From positions 32,442 to 96,441 of the forward strand of contig CAIMIV010000059.1 in NCBI GenBank assembly GCA_903841185.1: a stretch of DNA of 64,000 nucleotides, in the 5' to 3' direction. The stretch's first letter is position 1. The number at the start of each line of letters is the position of its first letter. A program made the translations under genes and the position numbers. The notes under the pieces are model-generated. The model ran no database searches. It was not told the DNA's origin and saw only the letters and a program-made list of their open reading frames with translations. The stretch comes from an uncultured bacterium. GTDB lineage: Bacteria > Patescibacteriota > Minisyncoccia > Moranbacterales > UBA2206. This document shows positions 57,357-64,000 of the stretch, one piece after another.

Positions 57357-59732
57357 TCAGCCTTGCACTACACCCCCTTTATTCATTTTGACATTCATGC
57401 TGCTTTCCAAGCTATTATTAAAATTCCTATCATGACTAATAGAGATAAACGTAACTTCGGGATTTTTTTTCTTTTCCATATTTATAATCTCCGCGATTTT
57501 AATAGCTGTCTCTTCATCAACTGACGCCGTCGGTTCATCTAGAAAAACTATCCTTGATTGATTCTTTCTCATTTTCAAAATTGCCCTAGCTAATCCTATT
57601 CGAGATGTTTCACCGCCAGAAGTTGTTCCTGCATCTCCTCTGCCACCCTTCAATTTCTCATTAAGATTTTTAAATCTCTCATCAAGGCCAACCTCACCCA
57701 AGATATCCTTAATCTCCCTATCATCAACTTCGCCTGAAATTCCAAAAATTAAGTTTTTCCTGATACTGTCTTCTAGAATATATGGGAATTGAGATAGATA
57801 CGCAATCTTACTATAAAGAGAATCCTCTCCACTCTTTTTAACTTTTCCCATATCAACTCCGCCTATCTCCACTGAACCAGAGGTTGGCTTATAATAGCCA
57901 GCTAAAACCTTTATCAATGTAGTCTTCCCTGCCCCAGAAAGTCCCTGAAGAGAAACTAATGATCCGCCTGGAATTTCTAAATTAATATCATTTAATATCT
58001 TTTTATTGTCGAATTCTATACCCACACCATTAAGCATAATATCATTTCCCTCTATTTCACCCATGCCTATTCTTTCTTTTTCATTCTCTTTTTCCTCCTG
58101 GGCATATCCATTAAACATTAAATCCATCTGCATCATATCCCTATATGCGCTAAGAAGTTTTTGTTTTGCTCTTAGAAAAGTGCTTATGCCATCCCTAAAA
58201 TTTCCGGAGTAGATTATAGCGGCTATGAATTTATCAGAAGATCCTCCAGAAAGATAGGTTATCATACCTGCTATCACAAAATTTAGAGATCCGAAAGAAT
58301 GATTTATTTTTTCCCTAATCACACCAAAAAATGTCCTGTCTGACATGGCGATCCTTTCCTTGGACAACATATCATCCATTTCTTGAGAAAATTTTTCCTT
58401 TTCACCAGAAAGAACAATTTCCATATGAGCACTGAGAAGTTCTTCCATTTTCTGCAACATTTTTTCCGCTTCCTTTTCCGCCCCTCTCTCTTTTCCCCAA
58501 AATCCACCTTTTTTACGGACATAGCTATCAATCACCATCATCAACCCCGCTCCAGCCGCCGTTCCCCCTGCTAACATCGGACTCTTGTCATAAAGCATTG
58601 CGGCGCTAGTCATCAATGTGACCAAGGCTGGCGCTATATCGAAACTAATCATCCTTAGAACCTCTTCATAACTATGCTTAGCATTGGCTATTCTTCTTTT
58701 TATAGTTTCCATTCCAAATTTTCCCACCTCCTCTCCTGGAAATTCAGAAGTGCTTTCGGAAATATAATCTGAAAATCCTCCTTCCTTTTGGAAATTTACG
58801 TCTAGAAAATCTTTGAAATATTTGTTTATCAGAACTGAGCCTCCAGCTGAGGCTACGGAAAGGAGGGCGTAAAGCCCCACCTGGGTCAATTGCTCCTCAT
58901 CCATCTTTCCATCTTTAAAAGCATTCGCTAAAAACATTGGCGCGTAGCCATCAATAAAAGCGGGCACCATCAAGGCGGCAGATAAACCGACGTATTTAGC
59001 TTTGTCACCCTTCATGAACCTAGAAAAAATATCTATCGTTTTCTGTATTATTTTTATATCATGAATTTCTATACTGTCTAATTTTTCTAGATTACAGGTA
59101 CTAATCAGTTCTTTTATTTCCTTTTTTTCAAATCCAGCTTGCTCATATTTCTCATGCACCTTCTCAATCAAAACTTCATTTTTTTCATTCTTAGAATAAA
59201 AATTCAACCGCCTTGATTCATTTTCTTGCAACATAGAATCTTGGGTCTCTCTGACATTTTTTCTAAATTTTGCAGCATTGCCGGCCAATTTATATGATTC
59301 AAAATAGCTCTCTAACGATTCGAGCAATTCTAATTCTGACGTCTCCAGCCCTCTCGAAGTTCCATCTCTAAAATTTACCTGCAACACTGCCTCTTCATTT
59401 TTTGAAATACCGTCAACACCATCAATGTCGCCACCATAATGAGCAATCTTCAACATCAATAATCTTATGCTTTCATTTGTAGAATCATCAATAGCATCAA
59501 TATATTCCTCCGTATCGATTTTGTTCTTTATTTCCCTTCTCACTCGAAGCATTTCTTCCACAAGCTCTTTTGGCAATTCTTCTGTCCCAAAAATCTCTTT
59601 CACAGACTCTCTGATTTCAACCAAGCGCTCCTTCTTAGCCTCCATCAAATCAATCTGATCTGTTTTTAATTCTTGTTTGGGAGTACTTTCTAAATTCTTA
59701 TCAATTGTATAGATAGGAAATTTCTCACCCAT
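57357..59732 (-). CDS. ABC-exporter-like protein: a long N-terminal cytoplasmic extension, a TM region, and a C-terminal ABC ATPase.
   Basis: 791 aa. Walker A GLSGAGKTTL, signature TSGGETSRIGLARA, and Walker B RIVFLDEPTASVDEE. At least four hydrophobic helices lie upstream of the NBD. About 230 aa of coiled, charged N-terminus. Confidence 0.7.
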   Translation of the reverse strand: MGEKFPIYTIDKNLESTPKQELKTDQIDLMEAKKERLVEIRESVKEIFGTEELPKELVEEMLRVRREIKNKIDTEEYIDAIDDSTNESIRLLMLKIAHYGGDIDGVDGISKNEEAVLQVNFRDGTSRGLETSELELLESLESYFESYKLAGNAAKFRKNVRETQDSMLQENESRRLNFYSKNEKNEVLIEKVHEKYEQAGFEKKEIKELISTCNLEKLDSIEIHDIKIIQKTIDIFSRFMKGDKAKYVGLSAALMVPAFIDGYAPMFLANAFKDGKMDEEQLTQVGLYALLSVASAGGSVLINKYFKDFLDVNFQKEGGFSDYISESTSEFPGEEVGKFGMETIKRRIANAKHSYEEVLRMISFDIAPALVTLMTSAAMLYDKSPMLAGGTAAGAGLMMVIDSYVRKKGGFWGKERGAEKEAEKMLQKMEELLSAHMEIVLSGEKEKFSQEMDDMLSKERIAMSDRTFFGVIREKINHSFGSLNFVIAGMITYLSGGSSDKFIAAIIYSGNFRDGISTFLRAKQKLLSAYRDMMQMDLMFNGYAQEEKENEKERIGMGEIEGNDIMLNGVGIEFDNKKILNDINLEIPGGSLVSLQGLSGAGKTTLIKVLAGYYKPTSGSVEIGGVDMGKVKKSGEDSLYSKIAYLSQFPYILEDSIRKNLIFGISGEVDDREIKDILGEVGLDERFKNLNEKLKGGRGDAGTTSGGETSRIGLARAILKMRKNQSRIVFLDEPTASVDEETAIKIAEIINMEKKKNPEVTFISISHDRNFNNSLESSMNVKMNKGGVVQG

Positions 59733-59820
59733 AAGTATTTATTTCACTAGTTAACAAGTACATTATAACACTAATAATTCTAATTTTATATTTTACATAA
59801 AAAAATGTAAGAGTTGAAAC

Positions 59821-59851
59821 AAAAAAGAGGCTCTAAATAGCCTCTTTTTTG
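59821..59851. terminator. Bidirectional hairpin terminator. It is homologous to the one next to tRNA-Trp at 63219-63250.
   Basis: A6, gaggct-ctaaat-agcctc, T7. Confidence 0.6.
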
Positions 59852-59870
59852 TTAATTTTCAGAGTACGGG

Positions 59871-60008
59871 ATGCAGGAATTTCGTCCTCACTCCGATTCG
59901 CGGTACGGGGTGGCGATAGATCCTCTCCGCCAGCTGGCGGATCGAATCTGCGCCCGCCTTGGCGGGATAGTCTCACTGCCACCCGTTCGATTCCTGCTGC
60001 ATCCACAT
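59871..60008. other. GC-rich structured tRNA-like element of about 140 nt, unclassified.
   Basis: Perfect 8-bp terminal pairing GGATGCAG/CTGCATCC. A canonical T-loop-like GTTCGATTCC without a matching T-stem. The internal palindrome CCGCCAGCTGGCGG and a CAAG-type capped hairpin. On the minus strand its 3' end continues into an approximately 20-nt copy of the tRNA-Trp 3' end plus trailer. Confidence 0.3.
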
Positions 60009-60133
60009 AAAAAAACGGCGAGTCCAACATGTGAACCAACCGTTTTTAGTACTTTACGCTATGCAACTATCCATAGTCGCGGTTTATTTTTGAATACAAG
60101 AATATCATCTAACAATAACATAATCTCTTGCGC

Positions 60134-60805
60134 TTATGCAGTTATCCTCGCCAGACAAACATCAATTCCCCTTAAGAGAATCCCCTGAACCTGCTCATTA
60201 TCGACAAACACATTCGGCCGACCAATTGGCGGAATCTCACCATCCATGATGATGCAACCGCTCCAAGCGTCAAGCAGAATCTCAAAAACCACCTTGCCAT
60301 CGAAGATGAATGAGAACTTGACTCCTGGGAGTTCCTTCATCGTCACATCGAGTGTGGCATTAATCGCTATTCCCCATTCTTCGGCCGCTTTGATGATATC
60401 TTTAGTCAAACACCCCCGCATTAATTTTTCAGACACCTCAAGCTGTATTTTTTGACGACGTGTCATGAGCGCGTTAAGATGATTTTTGTTCACAAGATTG
60501 ATTGACTCCAGCCCGACAGATGAAAGCATGTCCAGAGAAAATTCATCCCTGAGCGCGATGCCCAAAGGAAACCGCGCTTCAATATGACGATTTTGATCTG
60601 TTTCCCATTGACCCGAAACAATCACAGCATCGACGATTTCAGGGTGCAGGAAAACGATACTAATCTTGTTGCCATCAATCAGCCCCTTAAGATATGCCAG
60701 AGATGCAATTCCGTTCACGCCCTTTTCCCACGTCATAATGACCGTCGGCCCTATTTGTGGGTATCTTTTCCCCATTTCAGAAAGAATATGCTTGCTTTTC
60801 ATCAA
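60134..60805 (-). CDS. Hypothetical protein.
   Basis: 223 aa, no motif recognised. Confidence 0.45.
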   Translation of the reverse strand: MMKSKHILSEMGKRYPQIGPTVIMTWEKGVNGIASLAYLKGLIDGNKISIVFLHPEIVDAVIVSGQWETDQNRHIEARFPLGIALRDEFSLDMLSSVGLESINLVNKNHLNALMTRRQKIQLEVSEKLMRGCLTKDIIKAAEEWGIAINATLDVTMKELPGVKFSFIFDGKVVFEILLDAWSGCIIMDGEIPPIGRPNVFVDNEQVQGILLRGIDVCLARITA

Positions 60806-60988
60806 TCCCCCCCCTCAGTTATTGGTTGTTTTGGCAACATGCCATTTGTTATATATTCTTACAACATTAAAATTATTCAAGAACAATAGATAATATTAAC
60901 AACAAATATCAATTTTGTCAACCATTCACATCCTTCAAACACAAAAAACACTTGCTTAAAGCATTTTTTACATATTTTGCGCGGGGTT

Positions 60989-61075
60989 ATGGACAGGACT
61001 AGGAGTAATATTTTGAAAAATTGGGATCGGATTGAGGTAAGATTAGAGCGCGCAATGGTTTTGATGAGCAAATAA
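60989..61075 (+). repeat. C-element copy 3, which is also a 28-codon ORF MDRTRSNILKNWDRIEVRLERAMVLMSK.
   Basis: Shares ..acatattttgcgcgg.. and aaaattgggatcggattgaggtaagattagagcgcgcaatgg with copy 4. Confidence 0.55.
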
Positions 61076-61087
61076 TGTGTCGTTTTT

Positions 61088-61540
61088 TTATAATTCTTCC
61101 TTTATTTTAGAACTTTTAGGATGATGGCATACCAACTTAGAGGAATAATATCCACCCACAAATGCAAGCGTATGGATAGTCCCAAAAGCAAAGCCGGTGC
61201 CGAAGAGCCCCATTCCTAAAAAAGTTAGACCTCGCAGAGAAATTCCAAAGGGATAATAATCAAGCAATAATGGGAACACATTATAATACATTCCCCAAAG
61301 CGATGCGACGACAACTCCCCCAACCGCCACTTTGATAAATTCATTTTTCTCTAGATTAAAACCAGACAAAAATATAATCGAAAATATAAAATAGACAATC
61401 GCTTTTGCAAAGAAATATGGCACTGTCTCCATTGGATTTGAAAATAAAAAGTGAGAAAAATAATCAATGCCAAAAACGCCAACAATGGATATAATCAGAG
61501 AGCTAATCGCTATTTTTATATATTTTTTTTCCATAATCAT
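61088..61540 (-). CDS. Hypothetical polytopic membrane protein.
   Basis: 150 aa, 4-5 TM, Gly-rich helices. Confidence 0.45.
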   Translation of the reverse strand: MIMEKKYIKIAISSLIISIVGVFGIDYFSHFLFSNPMETVPYFFAKAIVYFIFSIIFLSGFNLEKNEFIKVAVGGVVVASLWGMYYNVFPLLLDYYPFGISLRGLTFLGMGLFGTGFAFGTIHTLAFVGGYYSSKLVCHHPKSSKIKEEL

Positions 61541-61543
61541 AAT

Positions 61544-61903
61544 CTATTCAACGATTATTTTCCCAAGCATTGAAGGATGAATGGCACAAGAATAATCAAA
61601 AGTTCCAGCATCACTAAAGGTGAAAGAAAAACTTTGACCTTTGCTTAGTTGGCCTGAATTGAAAGTGGCAGACTTGATTTGATGTTGAGCTGGATCATTA
61701 TTAGTCCAAGTTACGGTCGTGCCTTTTTTGACAGTCAACGTTCCAGGATTAAAAGTAAAATTTTGGATATTAACCATATTAGATCCTTGAGTTGGTACTG
61801 CTATAGGAGTGGACGTATTATTGGAGGTTCCTCCATATAAGCTACACCCACCAAGAATAAACGCACCAAACAATATTAGAGACAACGCGATGTTTTTTTT
61901 CAT
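61544..61903 (-). CDS. Cupredoxin (amicyanin/plastocyanin-like blue copper protein) lipoprotein. The start is trimmed to MKKNIALS.
   Basis: Lipobox ILGGC. Type-1 copper ligands H (..PAQHQIK..) and C-x2-H-x2-M in ..DYSCAIHPSMLGKIIV. Confidence 0.7.
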   Translation of the reverse strand: MKKNIALSLILFGAFILGGCSLYGGTSNNTSTPIAVPTQGSNMVNIQNFTFNPGTLTVKKGTTVTWTNNDPAQHQIKSATFNSGQLSKGQSFSFTFSDAGTFDYSCAIHPSMLGKIIVE

Positions 61904-62014
61904 ATTTTTAAGTTTAATAATTAATCTAAAAAGTATCACATATTAATTATACACCTAAAGACCTCAATATACATCAACTAATCCAACCTATCCGGAGATC
62001 ACTCATCTTCACAC

Positions 62015-62043
62015 AAAAAAATGCTTAATTAAAGCATTTTTTA
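62015..62043. terminator. Perfectly palindromic bidirectional terminator.
   Basis: A7, atgctt-aatta-aagcat, T6. Confidence 0.5.
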
Positions 62044-62170
62044 CATATTTTGCACGGAGCCATGCCTGTCCGCCTCTGGAGGAGATATAACTAGGAACAC
62101 TATTTTGGAAAATTGGGATAGGATTGAGGTGAGATTGGAGCGTGCGATGGCGCTAATGAAAGCTTTGTAG
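62041..62170 (+). repeat. C-element copy 4.
   Basis: ..acatattttgcacgg..tccgcctctggaggagat..actagg..ttggaaaattgggataggattgaggtgagattggagcgtgcgatggcgctaatgaaagctttgtag. The conserved frame (TTG)ENWDRIEVRLERAMALMKAL* has no ATG. Confidence 0.55.
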
Positions 62171-62174
62171 CTTT

Positions 62175-63119
62175 TTATTTCCGTATTCTTTCACGACTAT
62201 CCATATATCTTTTGAGCGCATCCTTGGATGTAAGCCAATTACGACCTTCTTTGTGTGCTTCAAGTTTTCCACTGCGCGCTAAAAGATTAAGATATTTTTC
62301 TGTGAATTTTGAATCTTTAGCCAAGTCGGCAAGAAAAATAAATTTTTCTTGGCTTTTTTTGCTTGGCATCAATATTTTCAAATAGATATCCAGCGTTCTC
62401 TCCACTGCTCGAGCAATAAAGTTCACAAAATCAGCATATTCACCTTTATCAGCGGATGACAAAGTTTTATAGTATTTTTTGCGATCATTTTTCAGCACAA
62501 TCACCAATGGAAAACCTACTTGCATCAGAATAATGTTCATGGCCAAGCGTGAGGTTCTGCCATTACCATCAAAAAATGGATGGATGTATACCAATTTATG
62601 ATGCAAAATACTAGCCAGCTCAACCGGATGCATCTTTTTCTTATTATCCCCCACCCAATCAATCAGATTCCGCATAAGCTTCGGGATTTCTAATGCTTCC
62701 GGCGGCCTATGATCTGCACCGCTAATAATCACTCCACTGTTTCTGTATTTACCCGCCCATTCCTTATCAATGTTCTGTTGCACTATCTGATTAAGTGATC
62801 GAATCAAGTTTTCCGAAAAAGTATTTTTTTTATCCTTCTCTATCAAATCATACAGATACTCCAAAGCTTCTTGATGATTTTTAGCCTCCAAATGATCTTT
62901 AAGTGGTTTACCCTTAATAGTCAGCCCCTCATTTATTACTAAATAAGTTTCTTTAAGCGTCAAGCTATTACCCTCAATTGCATTGGAGTTGTAGGTCATT
63001 TCTATTTCAAATTGCTCTTTGAGTTTGGCAACTGCCGACACTGGTAATGGACGAAATGAATTGAGCAAAGCCAATTTATCATCGATTCTTTTTTGAATTT
63101 TTTTGTCTAAATATTGCAT
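62175..63119 (-). CDS. Fic/Fido-domain protein (class II), a paralogue of 55295-56182.
   Basis: 314 aa. Fic motif HPFFDGNGRTSR. Inhibitory motif SNAIEG in the N-terminal helix. Confidence 0.85.
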   Translation of the reverse strand: MQYLDKKIQKRIDDKLALLNSFRPLPVSAVAKLKEQFEIEMTYNSNAIEGNSLTLKETYLVINEGLTIKGKPLKDHLEAKNHQEALEYLYDLIEKDKKNTFSENLIRSLNQIVQQNIDKEWAGKYRNSGVIISGADHRPPEALEIPKLMRNLIDWVGDNKKKMHPVELASILHHKLVYIHPFFDGNGRTSRLAMNIILMQVGFPLVIVLKNDRKKYYKTLSSADKGEYADFVNFIARAVERTLDIYLKILMPSKKSQEKFIFLADLAKDSKFTEKYLNLLARSGKLEAHKEGRNWLTSKDALKRYMDSRERIRK

Positions 63120-63218
63120 ATATTCTTAATATGGTTTAGCTCTTTATTGACAGTATACCATATTAAGGAAAATAGTCAATATCGCTCAAATAAAGCTCCA
63201 ACTTTCTACTGCCCATAT

Positions 63219-63250
63219 CAAAAAAGAGGCTATTTAAAGCCTCCTTTCTT
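63219..63250 (-). terminator. Terminator for tRNA-Trp.
   Basis: Minus strand: gaggct-ttaaat-agcctc followed by TTTTTT. Confidence 0.55.
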
Positions 63251-63266
63251 GGTTAATTTTCAGAGC

Positions 63267-63337
63267 ACGGGTGGAAGGAGTTGAACCCTCGCCAGAGCTT
63301 TTGGAGAGCCCCGTTCTACCGTTAAACTACACCCGCA
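63267..63337 (-). tRNA. trnW: tRNA-Trp (anticodon CCA).
   Basis: Manual fold of the reverse complement: acceptor GCGGGTG/CACCCGT, D-arm GTTT-AACGGTA-GAAC, anticodon stem GGGCT/AGCTC with loop CT-CCA-AA, a 4-nt variable loop, T-arm GAGGG-TTCAACT-CCTTC, and discriminator G. CCA is not encoded. Confidence 0.7.
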
Positions 63338-63343
63338 TATTCA

Positions 63344-63991
63344 TTATTTCGAAATTTCTTTAATCAAAAACATTATCTCCTGCCTTATTTGTCTTCCATA
63401 ATATCTAACGCTAACACAGCCCTGATAATCTTCCTTTTTTCTCTTTCCAGTATTTGGCTTATTATATGGTTTTGTAAATTGCAATCTCGGTATCTTTGTA
63501 ATCTCAGACCAAAATGATATCTGTTCGTTAGCATCATGATAATCATGCAAATGAATCAACGCCCTGAATTTACTTTCATCAACATCAAACGCTTTTCGGA
63601 AAGTATCAATAAAATACTTTACAAGCTTCGGATCGGAGTTTATAAAAGTCAGCTGTGATTTTTCCGTTTTTCCACCTTCACACCAATACAGTAATGCACA
63701 CACGATCTTTAAATCTTTCTTTAAAAAATTACATTGATTGATATTCTTTTTGGCATTTGCCGATATTTTTCCATCCTCTATTGTTATTCTATTTTTGACT
63801 GAATTATTTCCCCTAATTCGACCGATTACTCCCAATTTATGAATTCTTTCTTTAGCAATTTCTGATAATTCAATATTCCTCAACCACAAACTCGCAGTGC
63901 TTTTTGATATTTCAAGCTTTTCACTTATTTCCCTAAATGAAAAACCATTCTTTCTCAATTTTTCTGCTTCATTTTTCAGACCTGTCTTCAT
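63344..63991 (-). CDS. HTH-domain protein, hypothetical, with a possible LAGLIDADG-like segment.
   Basis: 215 aa. N-terminal HTH (..GFSFREISEKLEISKSTASLWLRN..). ..LLYWCEGGKT.. is reminiscent of a dodecapeptide motif but unproven. Confidence 0.45.
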   Translation of the reverse strand: MKTGLKNEAEKLRKNGFSFREISEKLEISKSTASLWLRNIELSEIAKERIHKLGVIGRIRGNNSVKNRITIEDGKISANAKKNINQCNFLKKDLKIVCALLYWCEGGKTEKSQLTFINSDPKLVKYFIDTFRKAFDVDESKFRALIHLHDYHDANEQISFWSEITKIPRLQFTKPYNKPNTGKRKKEDYQGCVSVRYYGRQIRQEIMFLIKEISK

Positions 63992-64000
63992 AAAAAATTA

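Noticed and set aside
59871-60008. Calling the GC-rich element a bona fide tRNA, SRP RNA, or tmRNA.
   Set aside because: I could not fold a cloverleaf: the T-loop sequence lacks a complementary T-stem and there is no D-arm. SRP domain-IV motifs (GGAA tetraloop, AGCAGC) do not align. It is left unclassified.
1-64000. CRISPR arrays, rRNA genes, transposases and integrases, phage structural genes.
   Set aside because: There are no regularly spaced short direct repeats. There are no rRNA-like GC-rich conserved blocks. No DDE transposase, tyrosine or serine recombinase, or capsid, terminase or portal motif was recognised in any frame.

Overview
This is a low-GC, gene-dense bacterial chromosome segment, with a reduced-genome, CPR/Patescibacteria-like gene content. 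There are no rRNA genes and no CRISPR array. Most genes are on the minus strand.

Core backbone:
- aspS, an amidohydrolase, and a 7TM sensor histidine kinase (1-5.4 kb).
- A pyruvoyl S-adenosylmethionine decarboxylase (speH) overlapping an unknown 275-aa gene (5.4-6.7 kb).
- A DEAD-box helicase with a clean sigma70 promoter (9.5-10.9 kb).
- A ribosomal/RNAP block rpsI-rplM-rplQ-rpoA-rpsD-rpsK-rpsM-rpmJ-infA (12-17 kb). rpmJ was missed by the ORF track.
- An FtsA-like actin-family gene, followed by a 670-aa membrane protein where ftsZ or secY-adk-map would normally sit (17-20.6 kb).
- mscL and an hrcA-grpE-dnaK heat-shock operon with a perfect CIRCE operator (32-36.4 kb).
- yidD, a CorA-like transporter, cysS, rplJ-rplL-rpsP, dedA and pheA.

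The accessory region (about 48.6-64 kb) carries:
- an RND efflux pump with a MarR regulator and a periplasmic adaptor;
- two class II Fic (AMPylator-type) paralogs;
- a HAD hydrolase and a large ABC-exporter-like protein;
- a cupredoxin lipoprotein;
- tRNA-Trp(CCA).

Non-genic structure worth noting:
- A four-copy repeat family (about 60-130 bp) whose divergence pattern looks like purifying selection on a short peptide (..NWDRIEVRLERAMAL..). The copies flank small gene cassettes.
- A roughly 50-70 bp direct repeat, made of the tRNA-Trp 3' end plus its terminator, bounding a 3.4-kb islet.
- A 115-bp direct-repeat pair upstream of a four-helix-bundle (Avd/IVS-like) gene and its neighbour.
- A structured 5' leader with twin CAAG-loop hairpins in front of a 3D-domain cell-wall gene.
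- A recurring TTCGTAGATTCG box upstream of rpoA, the 670-aa gene and hrcA.
- Paired palindromes in the grpE-dnaK spacer.
- A SlyD-tail-like Cys/His-rich protein next to cysS and a PAS kinase.

Most antisense ORFs in the track are shadows of real genes on the other strand and were rejected.
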